A stretch of DNA of 64,000 nucleotides from Candidatus Bathyarchaeota archaeon (GTDB taxonomy: Archaea; Thermoproteota; Bathyarchaeia; Bathyarchaeales; Bathycorpusculaceae): the NCBI GenBank assembly GCA_963707955.1, contig OY970176.1, positions 1,280,001 to 1,344,000 on the forward strand. Direction: 5' to 3'. The notes below the pieces were generated by a model. It saw only the letters and a list, made by a program, of their open reading frames with translations. It was not told the DNA's origin and searched no databases. Below, piece after piece: positions 1 to 8,373 of this stretch (position 1 is the first letter of the stretch; each line of letters begins with the position of its first letter). Position numbers and translations under genes: made by a program.

Positions 1-663
1 AGACAAAGTGCAATTAGAAGAATATTCGAGCCAAATGCCACCGTTGCTGTTTGCCGTGACGTTGTTGCCAGACAAAACATTATTAGAAGAATAGTCGATT
101 TCAATACCATAAAAATCGTTTGTGACGTTATTGCCTGACAAAGTGTTGTTATCAGAAGATTCGAGCCAAATGCCCGTGGCGTTATTTGTGACGTTGTTGC
201 CTGACAAAGTGTTGTTATCAGAAGAAGAGTCGAGCACAATGCCTTCCCAGTCGTTTGTAACGGTGTTGCCAGACAAAGTGCTATTATCAGAAGAGTAGAG
301 GAAAATGCCATTGGCGAAGTTTGTTATCGTCATGTTTTTTACTGTCACGTTGCTCATGTTCGTGAGCGTTGTTCCATTCTCGTCGTATCCTTTTCCACTT
401 CCTGTCACGGTGTAGCCTGCCCCGTTCAAAACGATGTTATTTCTCTCAATCTCAATTCCGTTAGTAGCGCTGGTGATGTTACCAGTTAAAGTGTATGTGA
501 TGTTGTCTGCCGTGTAGATGGGAGCAGTTGACGGGCTTATGCTTCCGTCAGCATTGATGTAGATGGGTGCACCATCGGCCCTGACTATTTGAATCAATCC
601 CGTTATTGATGATATGGAAAGCAAAAACAGAATTGCAACCAAAGCAAAAACAACTCTGTTCAC
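1..663 (-). CDS. NosD-like right-handed parallel beta-helix surface protein (3' end outside window)
   Basis: Manual translation from GTG at 663: MNRVVFALVAILFLLSISSITGLIQIVRADGAPIYINADGSISPSTAPI..., with a signal peptide and then repeated GIxLxxSxNNTLSGNNVT units. The frame is open to position 1. Confidence 0.9.
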   Translation of the reverse strand, partial: MNRVVFALVAILFLLSISSITGLIQIVRADGAPIYINADGSISPSTAPIYTADNITYTLTGNITSATNGIEIERNNIVLNGAGYTVTGSGKGYDENGTTLTNMSNVTVKNMTITNFANGIFLYSSDNSTLSGNTVTNDWEGIVLDSSSDNNTLSGNNVTNNATGIWLESSDNNTLSGNNVTNDFYGIEIDYSSNNVLSGNNVTANSNGGIWLEYSSNCTLS

Positions 664-804
664 CCTTTGTCACTTTCAGACATAGTTTAGATTAAACTAA
701 TTTATACGATTGTCGGAAGAATCTTCAATTGAAATCGTGACCGTGAGAAGCCAAAAGAGAGTCAAATCAAGCGTTTCCTGTTCTGCACTTTCGACACAAA
801 CATT

Positions 805-990
805 TCTGTTTGTGTGTTTGTCTGCGTCTGTCTGTGTGTCTGTCTGCGTCTGTCTGTGTGTCTGTCTGACTGTAAGCTTTCCTAGAGGGAGAGAGAGGGA
901 GAAGGAAGGAAGGGGAAGTGAGGAAGTGAGCGTATGCGTGAAGGAAGAAGAAGAAAAAGATAAAACTTTACCCCCAAACCAAACAGACAC
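805..990. repeat. Low-complexity block A: (GTCT/GTGT)n tract, polypurine tract, TTTACCCCCAAACCAAAC motif
   Basis: Directly visible; a related block lies at 3638-3812. Confidence 0.8.
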
Positions 991-1051
991 GCGGAAACGG
1001 AAAAGCTATAGCCTAACTCATCACAGAACATTCGCTTGGTCTTGAACAAGA

Positions 1052-1267
1052 TTGTCTGAGACCTATCACAGCCGACTTCACAAACGTTTGATAGCATTTG
1101 TAGTAGTATTGGCAGCTCTCCTCATTTTTCTAAATGCTATCGGTTTTGGTTTTCCCAACCCTACTCTCAGGTTGATTTTTATTCTGTGGATGATTTTTCT
1201 CATTGTCATGGCTCTTGCCGCATGGCATTGGTGGGGGCGAGGGATATTCAAGCCAAGACCCCCTTGA
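1052..1267 (+). CDS. Small two-TM membrane protein, hypothetical
   Basis: 71-aa ORF with two hydrophobic helices and a basic/aromatic C-terminus. Confidence 0.55.
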   Translation: MSETYHSRLHKRLIAFVVVLAALLIFLNAIGFGFPNPTLRLIFILWMIFLIVMALAAWHWWGRGIFKPRPP

Positions 1268-1570
1268 CCACGTGTATGACATTAGCAGATTAGTAACGCG
1301 TGCGCTAGAAACTATAATTCTGATTGGGTACCTAGCCGTATCTGGATTGGGGAATCGATTACTTCGCGAGAGTGACATGCGCTAGCGCGCGCCGCCGAAG
1401 AAAACGCTTTCAAATCTAATCTGTACACAAAAACATCAACCAATGTCTGTTAACCACCAGAACTTTCCTCTATAATCCACTTACGGAAACTGTTAAATGA
1501 CCATTTCAAGACACTACATTCACTGCTCTCGCGCGCGCTTTGCACCCAAGGGAGGAAGGGAAGGGGGAAT

Positions 1571-3536
1571 ATGTGGAAAGATAAGAAGACAGTATTGGCG
1601 ACGTTAATCTTGCTGAGCCTTTTGGTTCAGACGACTTCGTTCATGCTTGTCGGCAAAGCTCAGCCGATTACGGCAGAGCAGTTTTCTATCATAAACCCTG
1701 GGCCCACCAGTTTCCCGTCAAGGTGGAACGCATCCTCAACAGTGCGCAACTATAACACGACAAACTTCATCTTCTACAGCAATGAAACTGCCTTCGACTC
1801 AACGTTCTTCATGAACGTCACAGTGACCAACGTGACAAGCCTGTTCGGATGGGGCATAGGCGTAGCTTACGACAGCACTACTCTTCAGTTTGTCAAAGCT
1901 TGGCTTCCAACCGACAACGTATTCGCGGGTGCTGTGGACGCGGGTGCAAGTGTGGTAGCGCCTTCGCCAGTGGTTGCGCCTTTCAATGCTACTTATCAGG
2001 AAGTGGAGTATGGGGCCTCATTTACTCCGCCTACGCCTCCTTGGAGCTTCAACGGCACAGGCACGATGGCCCAAGTGGAGTTTCAAGTAATAGCAGCAGT
2101 GAACAGCACAAACACCCAAGTGAGTTCATCGTTCACGTTTGATCCAGCTTGGACGGGTGTTTACTTCTGGCCAAGCGGGTCGGAAGTTCCCACGTCAAAC
2201 ACCGGGAACTTTGTTTACGCGTGGGCGCCCGCCCGCTCTTTGACATTAGTTGTCACTTCACCAACCTCTACTGCTGTCGGTTCAGCCGTCAACTGTACCG
2301 CCACCGTGACGGGATCAAACCCCACGGGCACCGTCACTTGGAGCACGAACAGCAGCACCGGCTCGTTCAGCCCATCTATCTGCACACTGTCATCTGGAAC
2401 CTGTTCAACCATGTACAACGACACCAGCCCAGGCACCGTTAACATTAATGCAAATTACAGCGGGGACTCGCACAACCTTCCGAGCAACGGCACGAGTATT
2501 TTGACACTGACTGCACCCTCTAGGCATGATGTTGTCGTGAGTAGCGTGTCTACGAGCGCTAACGTGACTCAAGGCGCCTTGTTACCCATCAGCGTTGCAG
2601 TTCTCAATGACGGGACGGCTACTGAAACTTCGGTTGTCGTAAATGCTACAGCTGATGGGATTCTGATTGGATCACCACAAATTGTGCCGTCGCTCCCTGC
2701 TGGCAACACGACGACCCTGGTCTTCAGTCTGGAACACTGCGGGCGTGCTTGTTGGAACCTACAATGTGACGGTTACCGTGACGCCCGTGCCGGGACAGAC
2801 TGACTTGAGCGGCATTTCTAAGACCACCACAGTCCAAATTCTAGAGGCCCCGCTCAAACAGTACTACCTAACCGTCACTTCAGCATATGATTCGCCCTCT
2901 CCGTCGAGCGGTTGGTTTGACTCCGGCACGAACATAACGGAATCCGTGACCTCGCCAGTGTCAGGCGGAAAAGGCGTTCAATACGTTTGCACGGGCTGGA
3001 ACGGAACTGGAAGCATCCCAGCTTCTGGTGCTGCGTCGTCCGTGACGTTTGAGATTACTGCAAACTCAGCCATAACTTGGAACTGGAAAACCCAGTTCCA
3101 GGTGACTTTTGGTCAGTCAGGCGCCGGCTCGGATTTCACGGGCACAGTAGTCACTGTAGACAGCGTCAGCTATAGTGTTAGAGGTCTGACGGTTTCCTTC
3201 TGGTGGGACAGCGGATCAAGTCAAACCTTCTCCTTCACCTCGCCACTAATCGTCAATGCAAACAAACAGTACGTATGGAGCTCAACCTCCGGCCTGTCAA
3301 CTCAACAGAGCGGAACACTGACAGTAACGGCTTCAGGAAGCGTCGTAGGAAACTACGCTACGGCATCTTCCCATCAAATGCCACCTCTGTTGTCGCCCTG
3401 GCTGGTCCTAGGTTCCGTCATCGCGTTGGGTCTCCTCGGTGCCTCTGTTTTATTCATGTTTATTGAGATAGACCTAACAATAAAGAAGAAGAAAAGAAAG
3501 AAAGACGCGAACAAATCCCATAGAACGTTGAATTAG
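1571..3536 (+). CDS. Multidomain cell-surface protein (cohesin-like, Ig-like, CARDB-like, beta-repeat domains, C-terminal TM anchor); frameshift near 2725
   Basis: ORFs 1571-2803 and 2667-3536 join at TTC(A)GTC TGG AAC to give ...TLVFVWNTAG.... Signal peptide, cohesin-like NVTVTNVTSLFGWGIGVAYD, and a TM helix followed by a KKKKRKK tail. Confidence 0.8.
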
Positions 3537-3637
3537 TTTGAAGTTCTACGCTTAGATTCTATGCACCTGATTATATACTTAAAAAAGAATGCCGTCATCC
3601 CATCGGAATCATCACCGCGCGCGCGGAGTTTAAGTTG

Positions 3638-3812
3638 GGTCTGTCTGTGTGTCTGCCTGTCTGTGTGCCTGCCTTTCCTGTCTGGGTCTGTCAGAGAGAG
3701 AGGTATAGTATAGGTGATTAGTAGAAAGGCGTATTCGTAGTCGTTGTTCTTGAAGTAAGTGTTTGGGTTTGGGGGGTAAAACCTTACCCTTTTTCTCTCC
3801 TCTTCTTTTGCT
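3638..3812. repeat. Low-complexity block B: (GTCT)n tract plus an inverted copy of the block A purine/TTTACCCCCAAACC module
   Basis: The reverse complement of 3759-3797 (AGAAAAAGGGTAAGGTTTTACCCCCCAAACCCAAACAC) resembles 952-989 (AGAAAAAGATAAAACTTTACCCCCAAACCAAACAGAC). Confidence 0.75.
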
Positions 3813-3913
3813 CCGGGGCAAGCCAATAGCCTATGTAAGCAATCATAGCGTTACGCGCGCGTTAGATGTCTGTGTTTTGGAAGGATGCTGGTTGTGTTTT
3901 CTCTGAGTTCTGT

Positions 3914-4651
3914 CTAACTTTGGCTTGTTTTCACGGCTTTCCTTTTGTAGATTACGACTGCTAATAGTGTCAATAACATGAAAAACATCGTGGCTTGAAT
4001 CATTGGAAACTCTGGAACCACTACAACTGGAACCATAAGCGGGTAATAGTCAGTCGTCGTGCCATTTTTGTGACCCACCCAACCAATTGCGCGCGCTATA
4101 CTTTCGTGTCCTATTTGGTTTGAGGACCTGTTAGCGTCTTGGATTTGATTGGCCGGCTTAAGGTAGCTATAGAGTTTGCCCGAAGCGGTGAACGTGCCAT
4201 ACCGGGTCATGACAACTCTTTTGTTTCTTTTTTCCCAGCGAACGATCAGACTTAGTCTTGAAAGAAAATAAGTGAAGAATCCCGCGAAAAGGAAAAATAT
4301 CTCTCCAAAAACGAAAGCGCTTCCAAAGAGGACGAAGAAAAAATTGATGAACAAAAACACCGGTAATCCAACTGTCGCTGCGTATACGACGGACCTGTTT
4401 CTTAATGTAAATTCTCCTTTTCGACTTAAAACTCTCAGTTCGCCCTGAGTGGTCATTATAGCTGCAATTACACCCGAAAGTAACCCAAAAACGATGAAGG
4501 AAACGACAATAACCACCGAAGTCGGATCAACCGGGTTTAGAGTAACTATTTGATGAAGCAGTATGATGCTGCCGAAGAGCAAAAAACCCGTGAAAACAAC
4601 CTCAAAACTCAACATGTTAACTTCTCTGTACATCATGAACGTTACCTTCAC
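3914..4651 (-). CDS. Four-TM membrane protein fused to a PEF-CTERM-type sorting tail (probable chimera)
   Basis: The N-terminal region is hydrophobic. The C-terminus TDYYPLMVP..VPEFP-TM-KRK resembles the tail of NosD-type surface proteins. The junction falls on GCGCGCGC at 4089-4096. Confidence 0.65.
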   Translation of the reverse strand: MKVTFMMYREVNMLSFEVVFTGFLLFGSIILLHQIVTLNPVDPTSVVIVVSFIVFGLLSGVIAAIMTTQGELRVLSRKGEFTLRNRSVVYAATVGLPVFLFINFFFVLFGSAFVFGEIFFLFAGFFTYFLSRLSLIVRWEKRNKRVVMTRYGTFTASGKLYSYLKPANQIQDANRSSNQIGHESIARAIGWVGHKNGTTTDYYPLMVPVVVVPEFPMIQATMFFMLLTLLAVVIYKRKAVKTSQS

Positions 4652-4959
4652 GTTGCTCTCTAGGTATCAAGAATTTTGTAATTCATATACTTTTACGCGC
4701 GCGCTCCATTGACCAGCATTAACTCACACACATGCGACAGTCTGCACTGCTCGTCGCGCTAGGGTACAGAACGGTAGGCGGTTGTCAACATAATTAAACT
4801 TCATTTTAACTTCACTCTCTGCTGCTCGGAGACGTCGTCTCACCGCTGCCTTTTTAACAACTTAGCCCGAACTGTACATGGTACGCGCGAATTCTTTAGC
4901 CGCCTTTGAGTGGCGTCACGTTACGTCATTTCTCGCAAGCAACTGATGTTGAACTGGAC

Positions 4960-5087
4960 GTTCTGTAAGTGCCGCTGGATGATTGATCAAGAACAGACTT
5001 TGCTAAGCATGCTGAAAAAAGGGCTGAAGCAGGGAGCAAAATTGGCTTTTCGAGAGCTGAAAGAGGCGTGAAGCCCAGAGTGGGTTT
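4960..5087 (+). repeat. 5' part of a conserved ~190-nt non-coding element (interrupted copy)
   Basis: Aligns with 63134-63266, e.g. TGGATGATTGATCRAGAACAGACTTTGCT and TTTTCGAGAGC. Confidence 0.9.
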
Positions 5088-5267
5088 GGTTACTGGTGCG
5101 TGATTGGACATGAAATCTTCGCGTGCACTATGGACAGTTTAAGTCACAAGTCCTAGATGGGGGTTGACCTGCCGAATTTGATGTATACGTGTTGTTCTTC
5201 TACGTAGCAAGGTTTATATGTAGATAACTACACATGTAGTCATCGCCCATACATGTGAGGTGAAAAA

Positions 5268-5441
5268 ATGGGGAAATTGAACATAAACGTGCAGAAAGAT
5301 GTTGACGAGAAGTTCAGAACAGAAGTATTCAGACGAAAAGGATTGAAGAAGGGCAATATCAAAGAGGCAGTGGAGGAAGCAATGATACTTTGGATTAGCA
5401 CCACACAAAAACCCATTAAGAAAGAAGATAGGAAACCCTGA
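5268..5441 (+). CDS. Small ribbon-helix-helix-like DNA-binding protein (57 aa, not in ORF track)
   Basis: GAGGTGA RBS followed by MGKLNINVQKDVDEKFRTEVFRRKGLKKGNIKEAVEEAMILWIS..., a beta-strand plus two-helix pattern. Confidence 0.75.
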   Translation: MGKLNINVQKDVDEKFRTEVFRRKGLKKGNIKEAVEEAMILWISTTQKPIKKEDRKP

Positions 5442-5454
5442 ACGAAAACTCCAA

Positions 5455-5685
5455 ATGAAAATGAAAATGGAAGAGAGAAAAATGCCCCCAAAACATGAGT
5501 TTCAGTGTTTAATGTCATTGCCCAACCTAGGAGATTACCTCGGAAAATGGATTGCCATAGTAGGAGATCAGGTCGTGGCAAGCGGAACTGATGGAATAGC
5601 AGTATTCAAAGACGCAAAGGAAAAATGCCCAAATAAAGAACCGCTTATCCTGAAAGTTCCGTCTGACAGAGTAATGTTGCTGTGA
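5455..5685 (+). CDS. DUF5678-like small protein
   Basis: YLGKWIAIVGDQVVASG...KCPNKEPLILKVP pattern; the stop overlaps the next gene's start. Confidence 0.8.
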   Translation: MKMKMEERKMPPKHEFQCLMSLPNLGDYLGKWIAIVGDQVVASGTDGIAVFKDAKEKCPNKEPLILKVPSDRVMLL

Positions 5686-6146
5686 TGCACATGCCACGAG
5701 TAGCTATGACTTGTAAATACCTGAGCTACATGCTGCCTGGCTCCAACCCCCCAGTTTCTCTTAACTTACCGATGCTTCACATCAGATTGTCCTGTGGCAA
5801 ATCATCCCTAACCACTATCGGTCTCGTGGATTCCGGCTCAACCACAACCTTTGTTCCTCTGGAGTTAGCAGAGATGCTCTCTATACCAGTTCAGAGAACA
5901 GATACAGCTGTCGGGGCGGGAGGAGGATTCGACAACACCATTAGAAAAGTGAAGATCGACATACTGAAGGGTAAAACGCCTATCGCTATCTTCCCAGATT
6001 TTCCAGCCTATGTCCCAACTGAACCAGACAGAATTCCTTATGTTGTGCTGGGTAGGGACTCGATTTTCAGAAAATTCGACATTACTTTTCGGGAGAACCT
6101 GCAGAGAGTCATTTTTAGAACGCCAAAGAAGAAGAAACTCAGCTGA
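5682..6146 (+). CDS. Retropepsin-like (clan AA) aspartyl protease
   Basis: GLVDSGSTTT catalytic motif, GAGG flap and VVLGRD motif. Confidence 0.88.
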   Translation: MMHMPRVAMTCKYLSYMLPGSNPPVSLNLPMLHIRLSCGKSSLTTIGLVDSGSTTTFVPLELAEMLSIPVQRTDTAVGAGGGFDNTIRKVKIDILKGKTPIAIFPDFPAYVPTEPDRIPYVVLGRDSIFRKFDITFRENLQRVIFRTPKKKKLS

Positions 6147-6302
6147 TCCTCTCGAAGTTTCATAAGTATCCCTCTTCACTCAGGAAGCTTATCACCATAG
6201 TCCTGACAACTTCAGAATCGCTTTCTCCAAGTCTTCCTTCATTAGTCAGATTTCTATAGAAGATTCAAGTTTTCCAATCATGTCCAATCACGCACCATTA
6301 CC

Positions 6303-6366
6303 GTGGGCTTGATTGATGGGTAGGCAGGAATGAACGTGTTTGTCGGTTTCATATTTGGATCATATC
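6303..6366 (+). repeat. 3' part of the conserved non-coding element (interrupted copy), directly upstream of the terminase-like operon
   Basis: GGGTAGGCAGGAATGAACGTGTTTGT matches 63274-63299. Confidence 0.9.
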
Positions 6367-6384
6367 GGTGACCGGGGGTAGAGT

Positions 6385-6693
6385 ATGTCAGAGCGAGAGA
6401 AGAAGAGGTCGGCAAGTCTTGAAAGCCTCATCGCGGATGAATGGGAAATTCTCCGCAGCTTAAAGGACATGATGGAGAACCCTGAGCTGTCTATACAGGA
6501 GAAGCTCAGTACAGCGAACGCTCTTGCTTACCACGCGAGTGTTTTCAGCAAGCTTCTTACGCAGAAGGGTGCAGACGCCGAGCTGAACGAAGCGACTCTG
6601 GGCGACTTCATCAGGGACGTTCAGCCGAGGATTACAAGACGCGGCAGGATGGGCTTCAGACGTTGGATGAGAAGACTTTCGTTGAAAAGGTGA
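6385..6693 (+). CDS. Helical 102-aa protein with basic C-terminus; candidate terminase small-subunit-like partner
   Basis: Overlaps the start of the terminase-like gene; its size and position match TerS. Function is inferred from position only. Confidence 0.65.
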   Translation: MSEREKKRSASLESLIADEWEILRSLKDMMENPELSIQEKLSTANALAYHASVFSKLLTQKGADAELNEATLGDFIRDVQPRITRRGRMGFRRWMRRLSLKR

Positions 6694-8138
6694 CCAACGA
6701 CCTGGCTTTTGCAGCGTCCGTTTCTGAAGGCTTGAGGCGGAGACCGACGGCGTTGAGGCAGCTTCTCGGTTTTGCAGAGGTGACCCGCAGACTCGTTGAC
6801 GACCCCGTTTTCTTTGCGATTCTGATGTGTGGAGACAAGTGGCTCGTTCAAGCCTCAGACCATCAGAAGCTGCTCAGGGACATGAGCCTCAAAACCGTCG
6901 TCGTCTGCGGAAGAGGCTGGGGCAAGAGCCTAGTGTTCAGCAGGAAAAACCTGTGGCTGCTGTTCACAAGGGTCAAGGTGGAGAGCCTCATCATCAGCAG
7001 CACTCAGCGCCAGAGCATGATCATGTTTGACTACTGCTACTCCACCATCATGGCCAACCCGCTCATGAAAGAGATGGTCCAGCATCCGGGAACGACGCAC
7101 ACTACCATCAGGCTCAAACCGCCGCTCGGCGGAAGACTCGTTGCCCTCCCATGCTCACCAGACAAGCTCCGAGGCTACCATCCGGACTGGGTCTTCATAG
7201 ACGAGGCCAGCATCGTTCCCAGCGAGATGATCACAAGCGAAATAATGATGATGCTAACAAAGCCCAACGCTGGCCTAGTCATGAGCGGCACACCCATGGC
7301 CTTCAACCACGTCTTTCACAAAGCCTTCCTAGACAGGAAACGCTACTCAGTGCACCATTATCCAAGCGGCTCAAGCCCCCTCGTAAGCCAACAACAACTC
7401 GACGAATGGCACGACGTAATGACATCAGAAGAATGGAAAAGAGAGGTAGAAGCACAATGGGTTGAAGCTGCAAACGCGTTCTTTCCAATAGACCTGATCG
7501 CACAGTGCATAGACCCCGAGCTGGACAACCCCGACTCAGCCGCCGCCTACATCGAAGACATCGAAAAAGCCAAGCCACAACAGCTTAAACAGCCCTACTA
7601 CGCAGGCCTGGACCTCGGCAAACAAGTCGACCACACCGTCCTAATCATCGTGCAAAAAAACGAAAAAGGCCAAGTCAAACTCGCACACAAACACCAGTTT
7701 CCTCTGGGCACACCTTACCCAAGCATCGTCGGCTACGTGGCTAGAGCCCACCAAATCTTCAACTTCGAACGCCTCTACGCAGACAAAACGGGCGTAGGAG
7801 ACGCCGTAGTCGACGAACTACAAGCCATCAGAGCCGGAAGCGTCAGCGGCATCTTCTTCACAGACATCGAAAAAGAAAACATGCTCAACCACCTCAAGAT
7901 CCTCATGGAAAAACAACTCCTCAAAATCCCAAGCGACGACCAGCAACTAATAACACAGATGAACGAACAGCAATACGAATACCTACAGCCACAAACCGCA
8001 CAACCACGAATCCACCTCAAGTTCTGGCACCCACCAGGCCGCCACGACGACCAACTCTACGCCCTAGCCCTCGCCTGCCGCGCAAGCCTAGAAGCCCCAC
8101 CGCCCGGAGTAGGCGCCATGATGCTCCCACATCGGTAA
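6663..8138 (+). CDS. Terminase large subunit-like ATPase/nuclease
   Basis: Walker A CGRGWGKS, Walker B VFIDEAS, motif III SGTP, and RNase H-like nuclease motifs AGLDLGKQVD, DKTGVGD and HDDQLYALALA. Confidence 0.92.
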   Translation: MDEKTFVEKVTNDLAFAASVSEGLRRRPTALRQLLGFAEVTRRLVDDPVFFAILMCGDKWLVQASDHQKLLRDMSLKTVVVCGRGWGKSLVFSRKNLWLLFTRVKVESLIISSTQRQSMIMFDYCYSTIMANPLMKEMVQHPGTTHTTIRLKPPLGGRLVALPCSPDKLRGYHPDWVFIDEASIVPSEMITSEIMMMLTKPNAGLVMSGTPMAFNHVFHKAFLDRKRYSVHHYPSGSSPLVSQQQLDEWHDVMTSEEWKREVEAQWVEAANAFFPIDLIAQCIDPELDNPDSAAAYIEDIEKAKPQQLKQPYYAGLDLGKQVDHTVLIIVQKNEKGQVKLAHKHQFPLGTPYPSIVGYVARAHQIFNFERLYADKTGVGDAVVDELQAIRAGSVSGIFFTDIEKENMLNHLKILMEKQLLKIPSDDQQLITQMNEQQYEYLQPQTAQPRIHLKFWHPPGRHDDQLYALALACRASLEAPPPGVGAMMLPHR

Positions 8139-8373
8139 CAGCTCCCACAGTTCAAGCGAATCGCCATATCTGACATTTGCGAATGCTCGACGTTGCTAGA
8201 AAAGCGCGCACCAGAAAAAAAGTATACACAAAATTGAGCTAGATTCTGCGCTTCATTCATTATCCGCCCCATATTAGCGTGCGCTAAAGACCATTGAGGA
8301 CGTTGTGTTCATGCGTTTGAACAGTAAATAAGAAATAAAAACAGGCGGATATATAGAACGGGGGGCCACGGGT

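Larger units (their letters stand above)
5088..6302. mobile_element. Non-autonomous TIR element (~1.2 kb) with three cargo genes and no transposase
   Basis: Terminal inverted repeats GGTTACTGGTGCGTGATTGGACATGA (5088-5113) and TCATGTCCAATCACGCACCATTACC (6278-6302) share a 20-bp perfect core. 8-bp target duplication GTGGGTTT (5080-5087) / GTGGGCTT (6303-6310). An empty-site paralog lies at 63259-63266. Confidence 0.88.

Noticed and set aside
1-300. ~66-69-bp periodic repeats resembling a CRISPR array
   Set aside because: They are in-frame coding repeats of the beta-helix protein; no cas genes are present.
697-1097. ORFs over the low-complexity block (also 3533-3826)
   Set aside because: The translations only mirror the microsatellite and purine tracts.
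4978-5015. C/D box sRNA (ATGATTGA...CTGA)
   Set aside because: Box C is imperfect and there is no clear D'/C' pair; kept only as part of the larger element.
8139-8215. Shared right end between the post-TerL spacer and 63600-63645
   Set aside because: The similarity is too short and gapped to support by eye.
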